A stretch of 64,000 bases of DNA from an uncultured Acidimicrobiaceae bacterium (GCA_963849105.1 CAWKGD010000003.1:513428-577427); one strand, 5' to 3'. Counted from the first letter of the stretch, positions 50,463-59,697 are shown. Translations and numbers: made by a program. Notes: generated by a model from the letters alone, not told the origin.

Positions 50463-51344
50463 CTACCACCGCTTGGCCCAGGGTCGGACGCGCCAGTCGC
50501 AGAATGTTGACGTCAGCCCTCCGACACCACACGGTGTACACGGCCCTGCCGCCACGCTAACGATGCGTTGGTGCGGGTCGTAATAGACCTGCACCCCCAA
50601 CTCGCGGTAGACCTCAGCCTTGTCCTTCGGGTCCGCTGTCGCGAGCACGCCAGCGACGTCTTTGAGCTTCAGCACGAGCTTGCGGATCTGACCTTTCGTG
50701 AGCTTGTCGCTCGGGGTAGCGGTGCCAAGTTCGTGCTCGGCACGCAGACGATCAGCCTGGACTTCCGCCATCCAGCCGGTGACGACGGTCACATCGGCGC
50801 CAGCGTCTAACGCCTTGCGGTACTGCTCGAGCCGCTGATCGCAGTCGGCGATCTTGCGTTTCGCGGCCTCAGCGCGAGCCTCCGTCCCATCGTCAGGACC
50901 TCCGACCGCTGCCAATGCTTCGCATGTCGAATCAAGGTTCGCATCGTCGAATAGTCGGGCAATCCACGCGTCAAGATGAGGGACGATCGCGTCCTCGCGG
51001 ACGTTCACGCTGCGCGGATGGTCGACATCGGCGGTAAGCGCGTACTCGCGCGAGTACAGACAGCGGTAACGCCGGGTGTCATGCGCTGTGGCGCCTTGCA
51101 TCCGCCTTCCACAGATAGCGCAGTGGACCAGTCCGCTAAGGGGGTAATAGCGACCCGCGACCCGGCCCTTCATCGGTGCGGGACGGTGCACCCCAGCCGT
51201 CATTTGCGCCTGCACCTTTGCGAAGTCCTCGGAGCTGACGAGCGGCTCATGCGCGTGCTCGGCCGACCATATCCAGGAGGACCGATCGTTCCAGCGAAGC
51301 TTTGTTTCGTGCCCGGCTGCCACGTCCTCAACATCAAGCAGCAC
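50463..51344 (-). pseudogene. 5'-truncated large serine recombinase (recombinase/zinc-ribbon/coiled-coil part only)
   Basis: Contains HEPLVSSEDFAKVQ, CAICGRRM...YRC and a coiled coil, but no resolvase catalytic domain. The ORF's upstream end is 21 nt from the trkA stop. Confidence 0.75.
50491..50528 (+). repeat. att-like repeat copy 3 (inside the 3' end of the truncated recombinase gene)
   Basis: Same 38-nt segment as copy 2. The minus strand translates to GVGGLTSTFCDWR.... It contains a tRNA T-arm-like GTTGACGTCAGCCCTCCGACA. Confidence 0.75.
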
Positions 51345-51365
51345 CTCGGCGGGAGCGTGAGATGC

Positions 51366-52028
51366 TTACGGTCCGACGAGGAAGCGTCTCACGGTTTCTT
51401 CCGAGTCGCCGCTTGTAATGAGCAGGACTTCGTCGCCATCGGCGAGGACAGTCTCAGAATGCGGCGCAAGCACGCGTCGCTCACGAACGACGGCGACGAT
51501 TGCTGCCTCGCGAGGCATCTCCAAGTCGGCGATCGCGATGCCGGCCGCGGGAGATCCGGCGGCGAGGGTCACCTCGACGAGCTGTGAAGTTCCGCCCCCG
51601 AATTGCAGCAATCGCACGAGCGATCCGACGGTCACAGCCTCTTCGACGAGCGAGGTGAGAAGCTGCGGGGTCGACACCGAAATGTCGACCCCCCATGAAT
51701 CGTCGAAGAGCCACTGGTTCGCCGCATCGTTGACGCGGGCGATGACGCGCGGGACCGCGAACTCCTGCTTCGCGAGCAAGGAGATGACGAGATTGTCCTC
51801 ATCGTCCCCCGTTGCCGCGACAGCGACGTCCACTTCAGCCATGCCGGCCGCGTCGAGCGAGTTCATCTCACATGCGTCGGCCACCACCCAAGTGATGTCG
51901 AGGGTTGGGCGGAGAACCTCGACGAGATCGGGGTCCTTTTCGATCAACAAGACGTCGTGTCCGTTCAGCCGGAGGTCTCTCGCGATGGCTGTCCCGACGC
52001 TCCCCGCGCCAGCGATCGCCACCTTCAC
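51366..52028 (-). CDS. trkA: TrkA/RCK potassium-uptake regulatory protein (CeoB-like)
   Basis: GTG 52028 gives VKVAIAGAGSVGTAIARDL (Rossmann) plus a TrkA-C domain. GTGA overlap with the upstream paralogue. Confidence 0.85.
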   Translation of the reverse strand: MKVAIAGAGSVGTAIARDLRLNGHDVLLIEKDPDLVEVLRPTLDITWVVADACEMNSLDAAGMAEVDVAVAATGDDEDNLVISLLAKQEFAVPRVIARVNDAANQWLFDDSWGVDISVSTPQLLTSLVEEAVTVGSLVRLLQFGGGTSQLVEVTLAAGSPAAGIAIADLEMPREAAIVAVVRERRVLAPHSETVLADGDEVLLITSGDSEETVRRFLVGP

Positions 52029-52717
52029 GTCCGCGCCGTCCTCTTGTCGTGCTTGTCGGCCGTAACGACTGGCGCTTCGAAGAGGCTCTTTAGGGCCTCG
52101 TCGGCCCCCTTCGTCACGACGAGATAGAGGACGTCTCCTTCTTGACCGACGAGACCGTTCGTGTCGAGGCGCGGCTCTCCTGAACGGGTGACGGCGATGA
52201 GGCTGAACTTCCCCTTTTGAGAGAGCGAAGCCAGCGGGCGGCCGGCCCAGTTCGAAGGAAGGAATCGTTCGACCAGAGCGAACCCGCCGGTCGAATCGGT
52301 CCACTCGGCCTTTTCCAAGTCTGGCGTGAGACGCTGCATGACCCGGTCGATCGTCCACGACACCGTCGGAACGGTGGGTATGCCGAGGCGCTGGTAGATC
52401 TCGGCCCGGCGGGGGTCATAGATGCGGGCGACGACGTTCGCGATCCCGTAGTGCTCCCGTGCGATGCGAGCGCTCAAGATGTTCGAGTTATCGCCGTTCG
52501 TCACGGCGGCGAGCCCTTGCGCCCGCGACGCGCCAGCTGCGTCGAGGGCGTCGCGGTTGAAGCCGGACCCGACGACCTTCTGTCCGGGCCATTCGGGAGG
52601 GAGCCTGCGGAAGGAGCGGGGCGCCTTGTCGATGATCGCGACCGAGTGCCCCCGAGCGTCGAGTCGCACCGCGAGCCCTGATCCGACCCGCCCACAACCG
52701 ACCACGACGATGTGCAT
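52025..52717 (-). CDS. trkA: TrkA/RCK potassium-uptake regulatory protein (CeoC-like)
   Basis: MHIVVVGCGRVGSGLAVRL plus a TrkA-C domain. About 230 aa. Confidence 0.85.
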   Translation of the reverse strand: MHIVVVGCGRVGSGLAVRLDARGHSVAIIDKAPRSFRRLPPEWPGQKVVGSGFNRDALDAAGASRAQGLAAVTNGDNSNILSARIAREHYGIANVVARIYDPRRAEIYQRLGIPTVPTVSWTIDRVMQRLTPDLEKAEWTDSTGGFALVERFLPSNWAGRPLASLSQKGKFSLIAVTRSGEPRLDTNGLVGQEGDVLYLVVTKGADEALKSLFEAPVVTADKHDKRTART

Positions 52718-52779
52718 CCCCACCATGCAACTCGGCTGGGAGTCACCAGACAATTCGGAACTTGTGATTACCTGAGCGA

Positions 52780-55191
52780 GTGGAAGAAGCTCCTCGCAGG
52801 GTCGCGACCACCGGCCCTGGGGAGGAAGATCGCCTCTCGCCACGCGGGGTCGCCGAGCCGCCAGCATCGGAGCGCCTCGTCGCACCGAGCGCGCTACCGA
52901 GCTATGCCCGTCCCGAGCTCCCGGAGAGCCTTCGCTACAGGCTGACGAAGAAACTCCTCGGCCCGCCGATCGCCAGCGACCGGCAGGCAAAAGAGCGGCT
53001 CGGCAAGCCGACCGCCCTCGCAGTGCTCTCGTCCGACGTCATCTCGTCATCGGCCTACGCGACCGAGCAGATCCTCCTCCAGCTCGTCCGCGTGATCGGG
53101 GTGGCGGCGTTCTCGCTCGTCGTCCCGGTCACCGTTGCCGTCGTCTTCGTCCTCGCCTTTGTCACCCTTTCTTACCTCGAGGTCGTGAAGGTCTACACGA
53201 AGGCGGGGGGCGCCTACGTCGTCGCCCGCGAGAACTTCGGGCTCGGCGTCGCACAGATCGCCGCCGTCGCGCTGCTCATCGACTACACGCTGACCGTCGC
53301 CGTCTCGGTCGCCGCCGGGACCGCGGCGATGACGTCTGTCTTTCCGACCCTGACCGGGGCGACCGTCTGGATCTCGATCGGTTTCGTCGTCTTGATCGCC
53401 TTTGGGAACCTGCGTGGGGTGAGAGAAGCCGGTCGGACTTTCGCCATCCCCACCTACTTCTTTATCGCCAACATGGGGATCCTCATCGTCGTCGGGACGG
53501 TGAAGGCCGTCCTCGGAGACCTCCACGCGCACTCGCTCCACCATGTCGGGGCGGTGAGCATCGGAACGCCCGGGAAGGGGCTGCTCCTCGGTGCGTCGCT
53601 GTTCGTCGTCTTGAAGGCCTTCGCTTCTGGGGGCTCGGCGCTCACTGGCACCGAGGCGATCTCGAACGGGGTGAGCATCTTTCGCCGTCCCGAGTCGAGA
53701 AATGCTCGTATCACGCTCGTCATCATGAGCCTCATCCTTGGCTCGCTCGTGCTTGGCATCGCGGCCCTCGCGGCGATCGTTCATCCAATCCCGTACGTGA
53801 CGGGGTCGCCGACCGTCATCTCGCAAGTCGCGAAGTACGTCTACGGCTCGGGCGCGCCCTCGCAGTTCCTCTACGTCTGCTTGCAGGCCGGGACGATGTT
53901 GATCCTCGTCCTCGCCGCCAACACAAGCTTCACGGGATTTCCGTATCTGGCGAGCTTCGCGGCCACCGACTCCTACCTTCCCCGCCAGCTCACCCGCCGT
54001 GGCCACCGTCTCGTCTTTTCGACCGGGATCTTCGTTCTTACCGGGGTGGCGATCGGGCTCTTGCTCGTCACGCGAGCGCGGGTCGACAGCTTGATCCCGC
54101 TCTACGCGATCGGGGTCTTCACCGGTTTCACGATGGCGGGCGCAGGCATGGTGAAATACCACCTCAGCCACCGCGAGCCGCAGTGGCGCCGCCGCGCCAT
54201 CATCAACGGGACGGCTGCCGCGCTGTCGTTCGTCGTCGACCTCATCTTCGCCGTTACTAAGTTCACTGAGGGTGCGTGGGTCGTTGTCGTCGTCCTTCCG
54301 CTTGGTGTGTTCGCGCTCATGAGGCTCCACCGGCAGTATGTCCGCGAGGACGAGGAGCTCGAAGCCGGAGCGGCTGAAGCGTGCGAGGTTCCCGTGCTTC
54401 GCCGCCACGTCGTCATCGTTCTCGTTCATCGGGTCGATCTCGCGACGGCGCGTGCCGTTCAATACGCGCGGACGCTCTCGCCAGACGAACTGCGCGCCGT
54501 ACACCTTGCCATCGACCCGCTCGAAGCCGAAAAACTCGAGCGCGACTGGGGGAGACTGGCGCTCTCTCGCCTTCCGCTCGACATCATCGAGTGCCCTGAC
54601 CGCCGCCTTTCGCGCGCGGTGGCCGAGCTCGCCGCGCAGATCACCGGGTCGGACAACACTGAGCTCACGATCCTTCTTCCGAGGCGTGGATACGCGGCGG
54701 GCTGGCGCCGGCTGCTCCACGACCGCAGCGCCGATCGGATCGCCGCCTCGGTTGCCGGTCTCCCGCACGTCAACGCCACGATCGTCCCGTTTCAGCTCTC
54801 GCGTCGTCACACGGCACGTCCGCCCCGCGCCGAGAAGCCTCCCGTCGCCGCTCGGAGCGACGCGACTGGGCGTGAGGAGGACGTCGACGAGTTCGCCGGT
54901 CGGGCAACGGGGACGACGCCGATCGGCGAGGCGCGCTGGCGCCAACGGGTCCGGGTCGCCGGGCGCATCCGCTCAGTCCGAGTTCCGACGGGAGGTGCGA
55001 CCGCGGTTCTCGAATGCACCCTCGTCGACGACTCTGGTGCGATCCTCCTCGTCTTCCAAGGACGCCGGCGGATACCGGGAGTACAACAGGGCGCCCGCCT
55101 CGTCGCGAGAGGCATGGTGGCCGCATGGCAAGGACAGCTCGCCATCTTGAATCCCGACTACGAGCTCATCGCGGGACCGGACGCGGAATAG
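52780..55191 (+). CDS. APC-superfamily permease with a cytoplasmic C-domain, fused to a C-terminal OB-fold domain
   Basis: About 12 TM segments after ...KPTALAVLSSDVISSSAYATEQIL. The C-terminal ~90 aa, RVRVAGRIRSVRV...LECTLVDDSGAILLVFQGRRRIPGVQQGARLVARG...LAILNPDYEL, read as an OB fold. The start is uncertain (GTG 52780). Confidence 0.75.
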   Translation: MEEAPRRVATTGPGEEDRLSPRGVAEPPASERLVAPSALPSYARPELPESLRYRLTKKLLGPPIASDRQAKERLGKPTALAVLSSDVISSSAYATEQILLQLVRVIGVAAFSLVVPVTVAVVFVLAFVTLSYLEVVKVYTKAGGAYVVARENFGLGVAQIAAVALLIDYTLTVAVSVAAGTAAMTSVFPTLTGATVWISIGFVVLIAFGNLRGVREAGRTFAIPTYFFIANMGILIVVGTVKAVLGDLHAHSLHHVGAVSIGTPGKGLLLGASLFVVLKAFASGGSALTGTEAISNGVSIFRRPESRNARITLVIMSLILGSLVLGIAALAAIVHPIPYVTGSPTVISQVAKYVYGSGAPSQFLYVCLQAGTMLILVLAANTSFTGFPYLASFAATDSYLPRQLTRRGHRLVFSTGIFVLTGVAIGLLLVTRARVDSLIPLYAIGVFTGFTMAGAGMVKYHLSHREPQWRRRAIINGTAAALSFVVDLIFAVTKFTEGAWVVVVVLPLGVFALMRLHRQYVREDEELEAGAAEACEVPVLRRHVVIVLVHRVDLATARAVQYARTLSPDELRAVHLAIDPLEAEKLERDWGRLALSRLPLDIIECPDRRLSRAVAELAAQITGSDNTELTILLPRRGYAAGWRRLLHDRSADRIAASVAGLPHVNATIVPFQLSRRHTARPPRAEKPPVAARSDATGREEDVDEFAGRATGTTPIGEARWRQRVRVAGRIRSVRVPTGGATAVLECTLVDDSGAILLVFQGRRRIPGVQQGARLVARGMVAAWQGQLAILNPDYELIAGPDAE

Positions 55192-55378
55192 AAGCGCCAG
55201 GTGTGAAGAACGACGCGCGAGAAGCGGCAGCCGGAGGTTCCGACGTTCGACGGAATTCGGAACATCATCGTGAGTGCAGCCTGTTGTCCTTGCCAACAAT
55301 CCATCGGAACATATGACCTTGACCAAGAGGCAAGCTGCGGGACATCGGGCAAACGGCGTGGAACGAGGAGGTTGAGGC

Positions 55379-55567
55379 GTGACCGGTTCGTTCACGGATG
55401 AGGAGGTCGCCGCATGGGCCGAAGAGAAGCGAGTCAACGAGCATCTCACTGACGGGCGCGCTGACCCGGCGAAGTGCTTTTGCGCGGGTGTCAACTGTCT
55501 GATCGCGCAGGTGGTAGCCGACCTCTTCCACGGGCTCGCACGCGACGAACCGCTTTCGTCGCGGTAG
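55379..55567 (+). CDS. Hypothetical small protein (62 aa)
   Basis: GTG is preceded by GAGGAGG at a suitable distance. No family recognised. It lies in an otherwise empty 458-bp gap. Confidence 0.35.
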   Translation: MTGSFTDEEVAAWAEEKRVNEHLTDGRADPAKCFCAGVNCLIAQVVADLFHGLARDEPLSSR

Positions 55568-55649
55568 TCACCCGCGGAGGCCTTTGTGCACGTGCATCGG
55601 CACGCGGTGTCGCCCGTGTAGTTGCTTGCAGGAAGAGAGTTTCACGGAT

Positions 55650-56054
55650 TCAGGTGCTCGGCGGCTCCTGTTCGATGATCGACTTAAGCAGCGCCGGTGG
55701 CGAGAGGACGGTGTCGACCCCCCAGGTCTCGTCGAACATCCAGCTGTTGGCGAGATCGTTCACCCGGGCGATGACCCGCGGAACCGAAAACAGTCGCTTC
55801 GCCAAGAGGGAGATCACGAGGTTGTCCTCGTCCGAGCGGGTGCAGGCCACGACGACGTCCGCCTTCAGCGCGCCGGCCCGCTCGAGCGTCGCTGGGACGA
55901 TGGGGTCGCCGAGCACCGTGGGCGGACCTCCCGGCACCGCAACGGCACCGCGGTCCCGTTCGGTCTCGACGATCGTCACGTCGTCACCGGAGGCATGCAA
56001 CGCACCGGCAACCTGCTCGGGAAGCCCGGCGCCGCCGACCACGATCACCTTCAT
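55650..56054 (-). CDS. TrkA-N-only RCK paralogue with a degenerate dinucleotide-binding loop
   Basis: 134 aa, collinear with the N-domain of 51366..52028 (…DEDNLVISLLAKRLFSVPRVIARVND…). It has GGAGLPEQ instead of GAGSVG and no TrkA-C domain. ATGA overlap with the upstream gene. Confidence 0.65.
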   Translation of the reverse strand: MKVIVVGGAGLPEQVAGALHASGDDVTIVETERDRGAVAVPGGPPTVLGDPIVPATLERAGALKADVVVACTRSDEDNLVISLLAKRLFSVPRVIARVNDLANSWMFDETWGVDTVLSPPALLKSIIEQEPPST

Positions 56055-56710
56055 CACGTCCACCCCCCGCCGAGGAAGCTCCTCAGCCGTCCGAGCGAGC
56101 CCGAGGCGACGACGAAGCTGACGACGTCGCCGAGCTCGAGCACCGTCGCCCCGAGCGGGATGCGCGAGCGACCCTTGCGGCTCAGCTCGACGACCTGGAT
56201 CTCCCCGTCGACGTTGAGCTCCGACGCCCTCCGGCCGGCGAGGTAGTCGGGGATCGTCGACCGCACGAGCATGGTCTCGCCGTTGCCGAAGGTCTGGTGC
56301 GGTTCGAGCCGCGCGTGGTGCAGCAGCTGCAGCACCCGGTTGACGGTGGTCGCCACCGAACCGACGGTGGTGATGCCGAGCTCGGTGTAGACCGCGGCGT
56401 GAACCGGGTCGTGCAGCCGAGCCAGCACCCGCGGCACCCGGAAGACGTCCCGCGCCACGCGTGCAGCTACGGCATTGGCGCTGTCCTGGTGGGACATCGC
56501 GACGAAGGCCTCGGCGTCGGCGATGCCCGCATCTTCGAGCACCCGCCGGGACACGCCCGAGCCGAGGAGGAAGCGGCCGGAGAAGCCAGGGGGCAGGCGT
56601 CCCTCGGCGGTTCGATCCGGATCGATGACCGCCACGCCGTCGCCCTCGCCCCCGAGCCGCACGGCGAGCGCCGAGCCGGTCCTCCCGCATCCCATGATCA
56701 CGACCTTCAC
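56054..56710 (-). CDS. trkA: TrkA/RCK protein (N + C domains), paralogue of 52025..52717
   Basis: GTG 56710 gives VKVVIMGCGRTGSALAVRL, preceded by GGAGA. GTGA overlap with the P-type ATPase stop. Confidence 0.8.
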   Translation of the reverse strand: MKVVIMGCGRTGSALAVRLGGEGDGVAVIDPDRTAEGRLPPGFSGRFLLGSGVSRRVLEDAGIADAEAFVAMSHQDSANAVAARVARDVFRVPRVLARLHDPVHAAVYTELGITTVGSVATTVNRVLQLLHHARLEPHQTFGNGETMLVRSTIPDYLAGRRASELNVDGEIQVVELSRKGRSRIPLGATVLELGDVVSFVVASGSLGRLRSFLGGGWT

Positions 56711-59502
56711 GACATCTCCTTTGCCAAGGCGCCAGCGAGCGCGCCGGCCGTATCGGGAGCACCGAGGCGCGCCCGGCGGCGCCGGGCGCCACGCCGCAGC
56801 GCCTTGCGGGTCTCCTCGGCGACGAAGAGCACTACCCCGAAGCCGACGAGGATCAGCCAGTCGCTGACCCTGAGCGGTGCGGTGTGGAACACGGTCTGCA
56901 GAACGGGCACGTAGCTGACGCAGGAGACGAAGGCGATGCCGAAGCATCCGGCGAGGACGAGGGGCTTGTTCGACAGGAGCCCGATCTTGAAGACGCTCTC
57001 CTCCTCGGTGCGCACGGCGAAGCTGTTGAAGAACTGGCTGACGACGATCCCCGCCTGGGTCATTGTCAGCGCCTCGCGGTAGACCAGGTTCGAGGCCGTG
57101 AACGCCGAGAACGGAAGATGCGCCGTGTGGATGCGCCAGAAGAACGCGAACACCACCCCGGCTGACTGGATCGAGCCGAGGAACAAGAAGCGCCGTACGA
57201 GCTTCCAGTTGAACAGGTGCTCGCTTGCCGGCCGGGGAGGGCGCGCCATGATCGTCGGCTCGGGCCGTTCCGTGCCGAGGGCGAGCGCCGGCATGACATC
57301 AGAGCCGAGGTCGATGGCGAGTACCTGCAGCGCGCTCAGGGGAACGAGGGGGAAGCCGACGAAGACCGCGGCCAGGATTGGGGCGAGCTCCGCCAAGTTG
57401 TGGCTGAACAGGTAGATGAGGAACTTGCGGATGTTCTCATAGACGGCGCGGCCGAGCTCGACGGCCGCCGCGATCGAGGCGAACGAGTCGTCGAGCAGGA
57501 TCATGACCGAGGCGGCCCGGGCGACGTCGGTGCCACCCTCGCCCATGGACACTCCGATGCTGGCTCGCTTGAGCGCGGGAGCGTCGTTGACGCCGTCGCC
57601 GGTCACTGCGACCACCTCGCCGTGGCTCTGCAGCGCCGCGACGATCCGCATCTTGTGCTCCGGCCGAGCCCGGGCGAACAGCAGCTGCTCGGACTGAAGC
57701 GTCAGCTCGGCGAGCTCGGGATCACTCATCGAGTCGAGCTCGGGCCCCGACACGATCCTCACCGCTCCCTCGGTGACGATCCCGACCCGTCGGGCGATCG
57801 CCTCGGCGGTCAGGCCGTAGTCCCCGGTGATCATGTAGATGCGGATGCCGGCCGCCCGGCAGGCCGTGACGGCGTCGACGACCTCCGGCCGGGGCGGATC
57901 GGACATGGCGATCAGACCGAGGAGCGTGAGGCCCTGCTCGGCCTGCTCGGCTCGGAGGTGGCCGCTCTCGACGCGACCCAGCGCCACGGCGAGCACGCGC
58001 AGGCCCTCGGAGGCCATGACGTCGTTCGCCTTCTCGACCTGATGCCGCAGCTCGTCGTCGAGGGGCAACTCGCGTCCCTCCCAAACAAGCGAGACGCAGC
58101 GGTCGAGCACGGCCTGGGGCGATCCCTTGACGTAGGCCTCGTATCCCCCCTCGGTCCGGTGGACGGTCGTCATCAGCTTGCGATCGGCGTCGAAGGGGAA
58201 CGTGGCGACGCGCGGGCAGCGCTGCAACTCCGCGGCGAGGTCCAGCTTCGCCTTGCCAGCGGCGACCAGGATGGCGCCCTCGGTCGTGTCGCCGAGCACC
58301 CTCCAGCCCACCCGGCGGACCGGGTCGGGTGCCAGCAGTCGTGCGTCGCAGCACAGCGCCCCGACCCGGAGCAGCTCGGCCACCTGATGGGCTTCCTCGA
58401 CGCTGCCTTCGGGGCCGTACCCGACGCCGGAAACGACATGGGACCGCCCCGACTGCCAGACCGTCTGCACCGTCATCTCGGCCTTGGTGAGCGTGCCGGT
58501 CTTGTCTGTACAGATGATCGTGGTCGACCCGAGGGCCTCCACCGCCGCAAGCCGCTTGATGAGCGCGTTGCGGCTCGCCATCCGGCGTACGGCTACCGCC
58601 AGGGAGACCGACATCGTCGCCGGCAGCCCCTCGGGGACCAGCGCGACCATCACACCGAGGGCGAACACGAAGGACCCGACCACGGCGTGGCTCACGAGGA
58701 CTCGCAGGCCGAACAGCGCCACGCCGGCGCCGATGGCCACCGCGGCGACGCGCTTGGCCATCACGGTCACCTCCCGCTGCAGCGGGCTCTCCTCCTGGGG
58801 TGTCTCGGCTGTCAGCCGATAGATCCGCCCGAACTCGGTGGCGAGCCCAGTCGCGAACACCACCGCCCGTCCGGTGCCGTTGACCACTGAGGTGCCCATG
58901 AAGATGCAATTCGGGGCCTCGTGGACCGGCACGTCAGGGGCGACAGCCTCCGAGACGCGTGGCGTGGGGCGGCTCTCCCCGGTGAGCGCCGCCATTTCGA
59001 CGAGCAGGTCGTGCACCTCGACAACGCGGCAGTCCGCGGAGATGGCGTCACCGGCATCGAGCACGACGAGGTCGCCAGGGACGAGATCGGCGGCCCGCAC
59101 CTCGGTGAGCTCACCGTCCCGGATCACCCGCGCCGTTGAAGGGACCATCGCCTGCAGAGCCTCGGCGGTGCGCTCGGCGGAGTGCTCCTGGGCGAAACCG
59201 ATGCCGGCGTTGAGGACGACCACGCCGAGGATGCCGATCGCCAGCTCGAGGTTCGCCGAGTTGCGCGGCGTGGTGAACAGATAAGTAAGGAAGGTGATCG
59301 CCGAGGCCGCCATCAGCACGACCGCGAACATGTTGGTGAACTGCGCTCCGAGCTCGGACAAGATCGACCGGCTCCTAGCTGGAGGCAGTTCGTTGGGCCC
59401 GACCCGTGTCCGTCGCTCGGCTACCTCCTCGGAGGACAGTCCTCTCGGAGAGCTCCCGAGCTCGGCCTGAACGCTCAGCGGCTCGAGGGTCTGCACCAGC
59501 AC
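56707..59502 (-). CDS. Cation-transporting P-type ATPase (type II-like)
   Basis: Motifs PEGLPATMSV, the phosphorylation site CTDKTGTLT, MITGDY and TGDGVNDAPALK. About 10 TM segments; 931 aa. Confidence 0.9.
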   Translation of the reverse strand: MLVQTLEPLSVQAELGSSPRGLSSEEVAERRTRVGPNELPPARSRSILSELGAQFTNMFAVVLMAASAITFLTYLFTTPRNSANLELAIGILGVVVLNAGIGFAQEHSAERTAEALQAMVPSTARVIRDGELTEVRAADLVPGDLVVLDAGDAISADCRVVEVHDLLVEMAALTGESRPTPRVSEAVAPDVPVHEAPNCIFMGTSVVNGTGRAVVFATGLATEFGRIYRLTAETPQEESPLQREVTVMAKRVAAVAIGAGVALFGLRVLVSHAVVGSFVFALGVMVALVPEGLPATMSVSLAVAVRRMASRNALIKRLAAVEALGSTTIICTDKTGTLTKAEMTVQTVWQSGRSHVVSGVGYGPEGSVEEAHQVAELLRVGALCCDARLLAPDPVRRVGWRVLGDTTEGAILVAAGKAKLDLAAELQRCPRVATFPFDADRKLMTTVHRTEGGYEAYVKGSPQAVLDRCVSLVWEGRELPLDDELRHQVEKANDVMASEGLRVLAVALGRVESGHLRAEQAEQGLTLLGLIAMSDPPRPEVVDAVTACRAAGIRIYMITGDYGLTAEAIARRVGIVTEGAVRIVSGPELDSMSDPELAELTLQSEQLLFARARPEHKMRIVAALQSHGEVVAVTGDGVNDAPALKRASIGVSMGEGGTDVARAASVMILLDDSFASIAAAVELGRAVYENIRKFLIYLFSHNLAELAPILAAVFVGFPLVPLSALQVLAIDLGSDVMPALALGTERPEPTIMARPPRPASEHLFNWKLVRRFLFLGSIQSAGVVFAFFWRIHTAHLPFSAFTASNLVYREALTMTQAGIVVSQFFNSFAVRTEEESVFKIGLLSNKPLVLAGCFGIAFVSCVSYVPVLQTVFHTAPLRVSDWLILVGFGVVLFVAEETRKALRRGARRRRARLGAPDTAGALAGALAKEMS

Positions 59503-59697
59503 AGGTCAATCCTGCCGCTCGCGAGCGCGCAGGAAGTGGTGCTGACCCCTCATCTGCGCTGTTCAGTCTTCGGTTCGCGGTGAAGCACTAACGCAATCAG
59601 ACGGATCGGGAATCCAACACGCGCCCCATAATTCGCGGCGAAATGAAGGCTCCGAGTGTCCCCAACCGCCGTGATGTGGACCGAATGCCGGCGAGAA

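Larger units (their letters stand above)
47996..51344. mobile_element. Degenerate remnant(s) of related element(s): GGDEF/HD-GYP cargo plus a 5'-truncated recombinase
   Basis: Bounded by att-like copies 2 and 3. The recombinase lacks its catalytic domain and abuts the trkA stop. G+C is visibly lower than the housekeeping genes. Confidence 0.4.

Noticed and set aside
53047-54945. 632-aa ORF antisense to the APC permease
   Set aside because: Arg/Asp/Glu/Pro-rich low-complexity translation, fully antisense to a gene with a coherent 12-TM profile. Shadow ORF.
55232-55240. 9-nt match (CGGAGGTTC) to the tRNA fragment at 60194-60202, considered as a possible left boundary of an island covering 55.2-60.2 kb
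   Set aside because: Nine G+C-rich bases can match by chance in 64 kb, and no extended similarity is visible around the match. It is kept only as a hint for computational follow-up.
57217-58909. 557-aa (+) and 395-aa (-) ORFs overlapping the P-type ATPase
   Set aside because: Both lack any motif. The third reading (56707..59502, minus strand) carries DKTGTLT, TGDGVNDAPALK and the other P-type ATPase motifs. Shadow ORFs.
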